From NCBI GenBank assembly GCA_002633005.1, contig NMRA01000559.1:124001-188000 (forward strand): a stretch of DNA of 64,000 nt, in the 5' to 3' direction. This document shows positions 1 to 12,800 of this stretch, piece after piece. The stretch comes from Phoronis australis (Eukaryota > Animalia > Phoronida). A model generated the notes under the pieces. It made no database searches. It was not told where the DNA came from and saw only the letters and a program-made list of their open reading frames with translations. Every line of letters begins with the position of its first letter. Positions within the stretch are counted from its first letter, which is position 1. A program made the translations under genes and the position numbers.

Positions 1-3000
1 GATCTCGTGACAATAGGGTCATCCCGAATTACACGGCGGTAGAACTCTCCTTTCTCCCAGAGATAAGAAAGCGCAAGACCTAGTTTTTAAAATCAGACAT
101 CTTTTTGTGTCCCTCATTGATGTCGGGAAGGCAAAGAATGTCAGATCACGAATCCACGGGTATTTGTCCAGTTTATCAAGCTTGTTCACGTCAGAGTTGT
201 AGCCCTCAGCACAGCAGTAATACTTTGTTGGCATTTTAAGGGCGAATAGAGTAATGTAACCAAGAGAAACTTGTAAAGAACCAGACAATAACAAATAACA
301 CGTGAAACTCCAGTGGCACGAAAACGAGGCACCAAATGTGGCTGACGGTTGTTTACAGCATTGTGGGTAAATGCAACAAGATTTGAGTGTCGCTGTATAA
401 TCCAGGACTTCCCTATTTGTACTCTCTAAAATTGAAGAATATAGGTTGTGGAGCACCTTTTCAAAAGCTTTTACAAAGTCGTTTTTGTTTTTTGAGAAGT
501 TGTAAATCCCTCGAAATGTTATTTAATTGGTTCCTTAAAAGTGGGGTAGTTGTACTAGTGTAAGTTGTTCTGGGGTAGGCTCTGTGTGGACAGGATTGAA
601 GTTTTTTGTTTTTTTTGATTGAAAGTGGAGGAAACTATACAAAAACACAAGCTGGTCTTTAGCATCATTAGAATCTATAACTTCACCACACTGTTCCTAA
701 GGTATAAGTTGCTCCATGTAAACAAAACTGGAAGTGGACTGCTGGGATAAAGATATTGACAAAGGGCTATTATGTAACACCAGCTTCTTATTACCTCTAG
801 TTAGAGGTAAAGCACCATAACTTGGGATATTATAGCACCCCAGGAATGTGGCCAGAGTACCTCATCAGGGCATGGATTTGACAAGTGGCTTTGTCCCAGT
901 TGTGCCTCTGTTGGTGGTGGTTGTGTTGCAAGCTAGTGGGCTTATTTGGCGCTAACTGCGTTAATGGAAATTGAATTTCTAGAGAATCATATTTGATGAT
1001 TGGTAGCAGATGACCTGCTATTGCATTCTGATGCCTGGCCATGGCTGTCTTGTGTTTTGAGGTGGACTGAATTGTGGGGCATGTCTGGATGATATCTTTG
1101 GAAGGGATTGTCGTAAGTGGTTTGTAACCCATCACTGCATGGAAGCTCTGTCACTTGTTATCTGTGTACCCTGCTCATCAGCGCTGATTAACGGGCTAAA
1201 TATTAACCCAGACATCATTTGGTCACGTTTACCACTTCATACCTAGTGATTGTGTTATAGCTAGTGATGGTATCTCAGCCAGTCTTGCACGAGATCGGTA
1301 TTCATCGTAGCCATGTTTGTGACCTGAGTGTTAATCATCTCATTGTCAACTTTCTGTTTACCTTATGCAATCCTTTGTTCATCATGGCCACCAACTTGGA
1401 GCTCATTTTCATGCATCATGCCATCATTCCTGTCCATCCAGCGTCCGTCTGACCTCTGGTACTCTGTCTCCAAAGCCTTTATGTTTCTTCATGAAACGTT
1501 ACACGTGTGTTCCTTTCATGGATGGGACGGCATGAGCAAACTTTGGGACGGATCCGACTACCTGTGTGCCCCTAGCAGGTTCTTAAGTTCATTAAATTTG
1601 ACAACTGCATTTTTTTTTCGTTGTTCACTGTGTCTTTGAAACTCCTTGGCAGATTTTTATGACATTTAATAAATAGGTTTCTATTGAGGACCTGTTTTCG
1701 GATAGATTTGACGTAAAGCGGCTGTTTTTATTATCATGAAATTTTGCAAATAGGTTTGTATTAAGAAGACAACGATGCCCTCTTATTTTTGGGTCAATTT
1801 GACATACACTGCGCCACCCAGTGGCCATTTAAATTTAAAAATTTTTTAGTACATTTTTGACATCATTCTCTCCAACCGTCAAACCCATTTGATGTTTCTT
1901 TACAAAAATTTGGAGATGAAAATAGTAAATATTAGCAACAACACTGCTCTTTAATTCTTGACAATAGCAGTGGCGACTGGCGATAACTTTGATGAGACCA
2001 AACTGACCGTTTATACTGCACCGCAGCATCTGCGCTCCTGGGAAGTTAACTTGCGCTGTTAACTTCGATCCAGGACCTAATGCAACCGTTCGTACTGACC
2101 ACAACTCCCCAAAACATCTATGCATCGACGTTGGTATGAAAGGGCCTGTAGCCTGCCTAGTGTGAACATGGGTGTTCATTATATAAAGCATAGTGTGATC
2201 TCAGTGTTTAGGAGAGGCAAACCTTTCCTGATATCAGTGAGTTCATATCCAGCCTGGTGTGAGCTAAGTGTTCATGCTGGCTTGCTTAGCATGAACTAAG
2301 GGCTCATGGCTGTGTTCATTGTGGCCTTTCAAAAACAACTAGATATTGATAGCTAAGTTTTAAACAATTTGTTTCTGTAAAACAATTTATGACTTTAACC
2401 TTGGGTACCCAGATTGACTAAGCTATGGTCTGTAGGGCTGAAAATATCTCGGGTTGAGAGGATTCATTGACAGAAGGTCAGGTGCCCTCATTTGATTGGT
2501 TAAGAACTCCATATAATGTGTGAACTGGAACAAATTATTTATGGTAATTAGTCACTTGTTTAGCACGCAATAAAGTCGACTAGTGAAATTCTCTTTTCTC
2601 CACCAAGGCAAAGATTACGAACATAGTATTCTACAACGATCATGGATTGTACTGTGTAAGTGAAATATCTGTTGTAGTTCCCATTGTTTGCGAAATGGTA
2701 ATTGGCCTTAAAAAATGTTAAATGATCATTTTATCAACTATTTTTCTGTGAAGTAAGTGGAGAGTTACTGTGACGCACCTGTTGAAAGAGGTGCTCACCT
2801 GTCTCTTTTTGATTCAAGTATTCTGTAAATTGTGATTTTGTTGTAGGACTTCGGGTATTACTTTTTGACATTCATTTCTATTTGGAACCCTAATGGTGGT
2901 TTGAGATGTAGGTTCAATAATAGTCACCATAACTTTCAGGGGTCTGGATTTTTTAAACCAGTTTCCTTTGTTGGTCCTCAAAATTCGGTACTAGTTCCGA

Positions 3001-3318
3001 GGAGTAGACAATGAAAGGCATTGATGGGCTGTGCTTGCGTGCCTGTTTGCAGTCAGATTCTGCTCCTCATCTAAACACATCTACGACAAGTGATCATAGT
3101 TTTCTGTTCGAATTTTCTTCTCCTTCCATTGTTGTGCCTATTCAGGTATGAGAATCTCACAAAGGATTCGCTGAGCCTAGTTTAAAAATCCTCAACCCAT
3201 GCCTGTGAAGATGTGAGTCATGTTGGAAATCTGGTTCCTTGTTTGGAAAAGCCCTAAACTGTATTTAAAAATTTTGAGCCTTGTTGGAAAGACCTGTGCT
3301 TTTTCTGGCAGTAGTCGG

Positions 3319-3404
3319 ATAGAATGTGGCCACATTTTGAGAACCAGTTTGCTGCCCGTTATTCAATGGATAAAACTGGTTCTCAAAATGTAGGCACATT
3401 CTAT
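3319..3404. repeat. Small foldback/MITE (about 32-bp arms)
   Basis: atagaatgtggccacattttgagaaccagttt ... aaactggttctcaaaatgtaggcacattctat; shares a core with the element at 8634-8685. Confidence 0.6.
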
Positions 3405-3661
3405 TACCATTTTTCTGGAAATATTGCAATGTCAAGCATTACGGACGTCTTCAATCAAAAACATCAGTTGGTTGTAAAGTGAAACTTTGTTTTCAGATAA
3501 TAAGTATATGTAAAGTGAAACTTTATTTTGTTCAGTTTCTTAACATAAACAAAATTTTCCCTGCTCTGCTTCTAATGAAGCCAATGCATGATAATCTTAT
3601 GCGATGTGACATTTTGGTTGTCAAATCCTGTAGCCCACGACGATATGATCTATGATTGCAG

Positions 3662-3805
3662 ACAAGTACGAGGGTGCACGTATCGCTGCCCACGAGCGCC
3701 TAGGCGAAGTGCTTCACATCCTCAAGAATGTGCTGCAGAAATATCCAGCATTACACTCCACAGAGGTTCTCACCTCAGCCGGCCTGCTCATATCAAAAAT
3801 TAAAA
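3662..3805 (+). CDS. RhoGAP gene exon (first visible)
   Basis: ttgcag acceptor, gtaag donor; KYEGARIAAHERLGEVLHILKNVLQKYPALHSTEVLTSAGLLISKIK resembles the HMHA1/PARG1 N-terminal region. Confidence 0.9.
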
Positions 3806-6800
3806 GTAAGTAGTGTGTTGTTGTGGCATGTGTGTAGTTACTACAGGTCAGTGGTGCTCTCTGACTGGGAGGATGTTACCACGAGTTAGCGGTGCTCTCT
3901 GACTGGGAGGATATTACCACGAGTTAGCGGTGCTCTCTGACTGGGAGGATGTTACCACGAGTTAGCGGTGTAATCTGACTGGGAGGATGTTACTGGTATG
4001 GCGGAAAAATTCAGGAAGTTAAGGGTCCTCATGTCTTGTTTTTGGCAAATGAAGTGTAAGTGTTTGCAAGTTCGTGAAATTATATAAGTTGAGCTGAATC
4101 TTCGCTAATTAGAACTGTGTGGCTGAACAGTGACCATCATGTCTGGCTGAACAGTGGCCATCGTGAATATCCAATTTTGATTCTGGAGTGATCATTTGAT
4201 ACATGATTTATATCTAATCACTTTCAAAATGATTTTTCATATTTCGTTTTGAGTAAACTTGCAGAATTCTACTTTTCATTTTTCCAGTTTTCAAAAGCTC
4301 ACTGCATTATTTAAATGATCAAAATTTTATCGTGCGTATGACTTCTGAAAGCAAGGTCTTCATATAAAGAAGTAAAGTTTTCTTCTCGTTCTTTTGGTAG
4401 AAAATTTCGATAAAATAAAATTTCTGCGTTGCTCCATATCATGTTCGAAATTGAAGAAATTTTACCGAATTTCATACAAAATGGAAGAAAGTTTACCGTA
4501 ATTTTTTACATGATCACATTCTGAATGCAAGCAATATGTACACCTTTAGTAAGTGTAGACTAGGGTCTAGCAGTGAGTAATAGCCAGACAGTCATGTATG
4601 TGTTGATGGTTATCAAGTACAAGTGGCGGGTACCAGACAGGTCTAAGGTGAACCTAGCTTACCTGCTGTGCAACTGTCTGTCTTTACTAAGCTCGTTCAC
4701 AGGTAACGGGTGTACGCTTTTGTCTCTTGTAATGCAGTGTCATTTGCTGCCAGCGTCGGAAAGGTTAGAAACGCAACAGGGAGCATCCATTTATCGACGC
4801 CTTTTTTTAGCATTGCTCGAAGTTGTGACCAGTAGCCATTAAGTGGATTGTGAAAAAAATGTGGTATCATGCGAACAAGTAATTAATTGCTAGGATATCA
4901 AAGCATACTCACACCTTATTGATTAATTTGTCGAGTCTCTGTCATCGAGACAGACACGTTGTATTGTTTTGATGATTCTTCATCAGAAACATTTACAAAG
5001 ACGCCGTGTCCTCTACCTGAGGTTAGCTAGACATTTTCGACTAGGATGCACCGGATTCTTAACCTATTAACCTTTGCCTTGGGTACATCATTGAGGCTTT
5101 GTGGTATTTGATCACATGAATTAGGCCAAGACTACATCAGATTCGTACTCCGTCAACAATTCCGTTGTCTACATGGATTTTGAATTTCTGATGCAGGTAA
5201 TGGGTATTTATGTATACGGAAGTTCCGCTCCTAACTCAGTGGGGTTAGTTTTAGAAATGACCTTGGGGAATATCAGATGTTATTAAATAGTTATGTTATT
5301 AAGCTAATCACCATCTTCTGCAGTGATGATTCAATCAGCGACATTGAAAGACTGGATGATTGATGATTAAAAGAAACATATTTTAATTACAAGTGTTAGA
5401 GTAATATTGAGCACTGTTTAAGTGATACGACATCTGACCTTGAGATATTTCGTTTCACTCAATGGTGAGTGTCGACTGTTTTGATTTCTAAAAATCTGGT
5501 CATGAAAATTAGCACTTCTCGTTTTCTATGGTTTTATATACTGGCATAATAAACCTCATCCGTATTTGATTTTACTATGAGCTGTGCGGTTTCTTCATTT
5601 ATAGATTATGACTATGAAGATGGGACGTCTGAGCCCACAGATTTCTACGATGCCATAGATCAGCTGGCTCTTGCCTTCAGTAGCAGGTCGGTATTAATGT
5701 TGTCTCGTGTTTAACAAGAATCATGAAAAAGACCATTGACAAAATAGGTCCCCTGCATGGAAAGCTGCTTCAAAGTATCACAAGATAAATGTGAAACAAT
5801 GGTCATTTTGCGAACCCTATCGAATGTACATTTACAGACATTTGAGATAAGTATTGCCCTCTCTGAATTCAAGGACTGAATTCATGAAAACTCGTGGAAA
5901 ATGAAAACACAATAAGAGTGGAAAATGGGCATACAGCTCCCATGGTGATTTGGGGGGGTAATTTTGTAGAATGTGGGCGGGATTCAATTGACCGTGAGAG
6001 CTTCTAATCTTTGGGCCAAATTAGAAAACCTGTGAGTGAGCTGCGTTAGTTGTTCAGGTGTCTTTGTGATTTTGTGTGTTATGTCGGTGACCTGTGATTG
6101 GTGCTTGGTTTGTTGTTATGTGTCACAAAGTAAGTTGTCATTGTCGTGTCTCAGTCTGCAATAAGAGCAACTTAAGTCCCGTTCAAATACAGACTTGCCC
6201 TAGAACAACTTACACTAGTGCAACTTGACCCTCTTTAAGTGGAGCGTCCATAACTAGCACAAGGCGGAAGTTGTCACTTTGTGCATAAGAATGACAGCTG
6301 ATGAGAATACGGCGCACAAAAGAAGACCCATCTGTATGTAACTGCAGCGATTAGAAGTGGCGCAAGTTACCCTAAAACAAGTTACCTCACCTCTACAAGG
6401 TGTAGTAAGTTGCCAAGTGGGACAAATTGCACTAGTTTAAATGCGTCCACACAGCCCTCAAACCTAGTGACAACTCATTTCAGAAGTAACTTTTTCTAGG
6501 GTAAATCTGTGTGTGAACGGCACGTAAGATGTGATTGTCGTCACAATTTTGATACATCAGTTGGCCCGAGTTGAGCAGTTAGTGCATCAAAAAAATTATA
6601 CAGCAGTGACACAGGGACACTCCTAAAATTATCCTTTTGTACTGTCTGGTGTCAATACTGTATGCGTCAAAAGAATCCAATGAAGTACCCAGCTCAGAAA
6701 TATGTCAAAATGTCATTTACCTTTGATGTCACCTATCGGGTCGGGTGTGGCCCCATAATTCATCAGAAACTGTGTTATCTTTGCTGTTAACCTGCTTTCC

Positions 6801-9800
6801 ATCATGAAAACGAATTTTCGATTTAGTCAACTTGCCATTATGACTTTGGTCTCAAATTGGTCGTTAGTCAAAATAGATTAGATTCCTGGACTTGGAAAGA
6901 ACTGCTGGTTCGTTATTCCTTGAGGTAAAGCTCAGCAACTGGACGTGTCACGACGTGTCATTTCATTCACCGAGCATGGTCTCGGGCAATAACGAACTGT
7001 CAGCTGTTCGCAAGACCAGAAGTCACTTCTCATCTTAATGAGAAACAAATTGAGACCAACTTTGTAGCGGAACGTGGGTTTATTGCCACTTCAACAAAGT
7101 GCGACTAAATGTTTTTCCTCATACGGTTTGGCAGGTTTTTTCCTTTTTAGACATTCCTGTCGGTAGCTTCTAAGTGTTTTTGCTTTAATCTTTTTTGCAT
7201 TCGCACTGTTTTTAGGACAATGTAGAATGTGTATCTGGTGAAATTAGAGAGACGTCCGTTTTTCCTTGTTTTCAGTGTTTCTGAGTATTTAATGGGGGAT
7301 GTTGAGGCTTCCTACACACCGACGCTTGGAAAAACCAGGGTGAGAGTTGACCTTAAAAATTGTGTTGCGTTAGAGTTACTGTAAAATCTTACTACAATAC
7401 GACACAAGTGAAGTCAGTCTGTTGTTTCCGTAGGCGACGAGCTTCACCGTCAAATCAATGCTTTAGTGTTTTCAAGCTCTGTACTTACTTCTAGTTACTA
7501 TTTTGAAAAACTGGGCATTCAGAATAATGCCAGAAACCTTTTAACAATGAAAAAGTAAACTAACCTCTTTAAACGATGGTTAAATCACTCTTGAGGTGGT
7601 GATGATGTGTGTCTGGGTGCATGTGTATATGTGATGTTTTGTCTTAAGCATAGTTTTCATTGAAGTAGTTGTTATTATCAGGGCTTGGAATTTTCTGCGG
7701 AAACGCGGATTTCCGCTTTTTTCAAATGTTCTTTCCGCGCATTTTATTATATTTCTGCGTAAAAAAAAATCGGATTTGATATAAAATCTCCGCGGCAAAT
7801 TCCTTTCTTACCGCGGCGTTGCAGACGACGTTCACCTCGAAAAGCGGAAGTTGCTGTTTATGTTTCGGAGGAACGTAAATTGTCAACATTGCTGGGGTAT
7901 CTGGGATAGCGTGGTGGGATTTTCAATGGTGTCCCGTGTTATTGTAAACCGCGGTGACAAATACTACGGCTCTGCAGCCAAAAGTGTGTGGAGGTGGGAG
8001 TGGACGGGCGAGCTAAAAGGACGCAGACGCACGCTACTGATGATGGTAACGTTTTTCTTTAGTCCTCCCGATTTTTGTCGGGGAAAGGTTCACATCGACC
8101 ATTTCAAGGCCGGGTAGCGCACATGATTTGGGCCGTAAAAGTTTCCGCGTTTTTTGTCATTGGTCATTCCAAGCCCTGTATTATTTTGATACATAAATTA
8201 TTAAAGAGAAAAAAGAACTCATTACTGAAATTGGTGAATTGATTGCAATGACATTCTCTTTCCACAGTCTGATGAGAACCTGTCGTCCATGTACTCGGAA
8301 GACACAGGGCTGAGTGTTGAGCCGTCAACCAAAACCACAGGTACGGCTTCTAATTAAGATGTCTTTGTTTTCAGTCGTGACAATAAATACATTGCACTGG
8401 TCCATCAGTCTTTCTCAATATTACTACAAGAGAACAGCAAGACACTGATTGATACATATGCATGTTTAGGGGCCTGCACTGGTTCTCAGTATGGACATTG
8501 CTGCTTCCACTAATGCAAACTTGTGGTAAAATATCAACATGTTGGATTTCTCAGTATTGACAGTACTGGTAACAGCTGTGCAGAATGCTAGTGAAATATG
8601 AAAACATTTGACTTCTCAGTAATAGTTTATTAAAGGGGTCCCAGATTTTGAGAACCAGTTTCCTCTAGTGAATAACGGGACCCCTTTAAGGGGCATAGCG
8701 TTGAAAAGCGGATTGTCACCAGCACTACTGATTTCAAAGGTGCAAAATATTTCGCTCTTGTTAAGTTCAACGCATATAAAGTTGATGTGAATGTTGTGTA
8801 GTGATTTTCGTGTAACCGTATTGGCTTTGCGGTGTACACGCAGGTGTTCTTACACCAGCTGAGATCGACTCCGTACTGCTGAAGCTAGAGTCTGGTGTGG
8901 ACCTGGCTCTGCAACGGGCCAAGGCCTGGTCACGCTATGCAAAGGATATCATGACCTACGTTGAAAAGAGGGCCCTTCTGGGTAAGTGTTTTTAGTACTC
9001 GCTAGTGTGTAACCGAGACCTGCGTGGAAAAGGGGGGATGTAGTGAATCTGTTAATAAGTAATTGGAGCAGCTACGAACCCGCCTTCCATCACAGAGCAC
9101 CCAGGTGGGGAAGCTATTGGTTGTTTGTTGGTAACCAACTCACTGTCTGTCTCTGATCGCGGTCTAATTCCTCACCAGGTGGAGTAGCTGTTGGGTAGAG
9201 CACAACTTTAATTTAGACTCGTTTCTTTTGGGTTGACTCGGCGTGTCATTTTGTGCTCGGAACATGGTCTCAACAGTTCGCTTTTTACTTGAGGTCAGTC
9301 TCTACATGTGGGCGTGGTCACAACTAATCATGAGCTGTCAGTTCTTTGCATACTTGCACATTAGACCAATTTTACAGAGGTAAGTGGTCTAAGTTAAAAA
9401 TTTGCTTCTTGGACGGAGGCGGGTTTAGAGAGTGCTCTGTGGTCGCATGGTTGAAGCAGTGAGATGCACGCCTAGATGTCGTGAGTTAGCGTTTCCAAGA
9501 CATTTGGGGGAGTTTCTTCTTTACCAAGGGTCAATAAAGAAAGAACAGCCCAGCATGGGAGCACCATAGTGGTCACTGATAGGACCAACAGGGGGAGCAC
9601 CATTAGTGGTCACTGACATCATGACATGTGTGAAGAAAAACCTCTTCTGTTCATCTCCATGAAAGCAAATAGCAGCATGTGTTAATAATAATTAAAAAAC
9701 AACGGATTTAAACCGGCTTGAAATGTTTCGGCGTTTACTGAAAACACCGTCATCAGAAGAAAAAAAGCACAGTGGCCGCCTTGATAGGCCCAACAGCAAG

Positions 9801-12800
9801 TAGTGACACACAGACACAGTCCGTTACAGGGGAGTAACAATAGACTAGACTAACAATACTGTTGGGCCTAGCAAGGTGGTCACTGTTTTTTTTCTTCTGA
9901 TGGTGGTGTTTCAATAAGTGCCGAAACATGTCAATCCGGTTTAAGTCCACTGTTCTCTTCTGTTCACTTGTCAGTGGCTTGGGGCTGGAGATCTGTATTA
10001 GTCTTAGGTTCGCTTGGACTTTGATTCGTTAAGTTTTTGTTTAATGTCAAGATTTTGCTCAGTGCTGCCTTGTTCTTTGGACCATTTCCATGTCTAAACT
10101 CCATAAGGAAGTGACTATACAGCATTTGATCTGAAATGAACTCTTCTCTCCATTGCAGAGGTCGACTACGCCAAGAACATCTCCAAGTTGGCCCAGACCA
10201 TGCGTCCCATCGTCACTGAGGAGGTAGGACTTGATTTAGGCAAGAATGACGTAGAAAATGGTTCAGTTAAAATCCTTCACGAGCCAGGAGGCTCATGGGG
10301 CCTTTGCTAACTCTGGTTTTGTAGTATGTCTGTAGGCTTGTTAATTGCAGATTAGTCCAGTTTCCCGTTCATAGCTGGTAGCTTATTTATACAGCACTGT
10401 GCAATACTGCTGAATTGTTTTGTTCAAGGACTCGGCTACATGGCAGCAATGACCCAATGTTGAACTTGTGACAAAGAAAATTATATGCGCCGTAAGAGTG
10501 AGCAACAAAAAATTTGTTATTCGTAATATTCATGTCTCACAATTAAGTACTTCCGAAACTCATGATACGACAACCAGCTGTTTGTCTTGATGAAATTGGG
10601 AGAATCTAGGTCAAGTATGCCGCACCTTAATTTGCTAAAGGGATTCAATGAAATGTTTACTTGCAAAATAAGTGTTTAGTAATGTTAGCATCTGTTTATT
10701 GGTAAACTTTGTCCTTGGTAAACTTTGCCCTATTTTGTTGTGTGGTGGAATGTCAGACGTATAGTGCCAGTATGACCATAGTCAATTAACTTTATCTAAT
10801 TTGATTTTTCAGAGTTTTCTCCCCTTCCAATCAATTTATTGCACGGCTATGGATCATGTGAGTTTTACAATTTCCGTGTTTGTCACTCTTCTGATAACGT
10901 TTGAGATGAAATGGTGTAAATTTTTAGGAATCATTGAAATTACAATAATGAGACTTATTCAATGCTGATGTGTTATCGATCAACGCGGTATTAGACTATT
11001 TAGTTTTTATTTTTTTTTATTGTTTGTCATCTTATTTTTATTTTTCTGGATATGGATACGTACTTTTTTTCAGGATGCTGATTACGCCGTGTCAAGCCAA
11101 GCCACGAGTAACTTAATACAGACTCAAAAATTCTTGGAGGTAATTTTGTGAATTTTGTGTTTAGTAGGCCACATTTGATTGGTGACACCGTTTGCTTCGT
11201 GAGATACTAGTTCCGCGGTACATTCGCGTGACAACTGTCGACCATCTTGCCTGAACATTTGGTATTTAAAAATAGCTCGCGGAAACAATGCTCAACTTTT
11301 TTGTTCAAAAGATTCGAGTTTTACAACTGTGATTTAAAGCCCAGGCGCACCCGCCTTCATCAATTTTGGATGTCAAATATTACTGCCGTTCTTGTTGAGC
11401 ACTGACCTCCATATTTTGGATTTCGTGGGTTGTCATATTACGCTCAAAAAGCAATACCGGGGGGCAGTAGATTGTTTCCATGCCTGAACTCTAGATTGAG
11501 CCACTCGTTGGCGTTTTGTGGCTTTAACACCTATATTTCAGGTGATAGTGAGTATCTCTTGCAAAGTACTTGTCCTGCTTGGAGTGTAGTTGGCAATGGT
11601 TTTGTTTGCAGCCATTGAATCTCAGACGTAATGAGCACGACAAGGCCAGGAAACAGATCAAGGATAACTGGATGAGAGAGCTGAAGAAAATGGTCAGTAG
11701 GTGGCAGTACTGTGTAGTTTTGTCACCTTTAATCCTAAGTCACACGAGGTGTGTTTACTCCTTGCTGCTGCAGTAGTAGCAGGTACTAGCTGTAAAGTCA
11801 CCATGTCCGATTGTTAAGTTGTCATTAGCAAGTCCCAACTGGTGACTAAAGATACAAGTCGATACTAGTGGAGTTCAACATGTTCGACTTGAGTCGCTAG
11901 GAACCTGTGACTGTATGATCACGTGACTTTAAGGGACATTCAATAACTTCATGTGACCACGGACACGAGTGATCGCCGACAAGTTGTAGCTGAGCTTGTG
12001 TTCCCACTTCCCCGTGTAGAGAGCACTCACTGCTAGGGCTAGCAGCGAGTAAAATAACCTCATGTGACTTAGGTGTTGATTTAAATTATTTGGATTAGGA
12101 TATCCAGATTTGTCCTTGTGCAGATGAAGAATTGTCTTGGAAGCAGGAAAGGTGTGCCAGTTAGTTAGAAGGAGTGTTTATGTTCATTTTATATATTTTG
12201 TTATTTTCATTCCATGCCATATTTTACCAGCTGGCTAAGAAAGAAAATCGAATAACGCTTTTTACTCTTAGTCTCGTGTAATAAGAATCTATCTCCATTA
12301 CCAAGAACATCTAAACTATCAGCCATTCTGGAAAGAGCTTCAGAGTTAATTGGGGTTAGCCAACCCTAAAATTCGAGTGAAAGGCCTTATTATATTTTCA
12401 TTCTATAGCCAGGTAAATGTTGCAAAATGTAGCTTTAAATCATCATACACGTGCTCTGAGCACATGTTTTCCAAGGTACTAGAGCCCTAGAGTAACTTGA
12501 AGGGATTGTGTTATATTTGGCATCTTGCCAACGTTTTGTGCACGTGATGCTGTGTTCCTTTGATAATCAAATCCGATTCCCGCATTTTGTTTATCTCCTT
12601 GTATGCCGTAGTTGTTCAGTTCACGCGCCACTGCTCTAATCTCGAAATCTTCCGTCTCTAGCAAAACACCTCAGTAAGTAGTGCGCACAAGGCTAACACC
12701 CTGCACATTCAACGTCGTGTGTTGGCATCGTTGTTGTCGTGTTTTCATGCGTTCTTGTCTACAGTACGTTGCCGTGACTAACCTTTGCAAGACTATTTCG

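Larger units (their letters stand above)
9704..9948. mobile_element. Inverted repeat (about 100-bp arms) of a Penelope-like element terminus
   Basis: Arms of about 9704-9804 and 9850-9948 are reverse complements and each holds a hammerhead-like core. Confidence 0.6.

Noticed and set aside
830-1135. Minus-strand ORF ending YSGHIPG, resembling a ciliary MIP repeat motif
   Set aside because: A single short motif with no supporting exons or splice structure; probably chance.
3011-3145. ATG-initiated candidate first exon (MKGIDG...VPIQ|gtatga)
   Set aside because: Ends in phase 0, incompatible with the phase-1 exon at 3662; no family similarity.
3847-3993. CRISPR-like array
   Set aside because: Units are contiguous with no unique spacers; eukaryotic intron; no cas genes.
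9420-9500. tRNA gene
   Set aside because: Only degenerate A/B-box-like words and no cloverleaf; at most a decayed SINE head.
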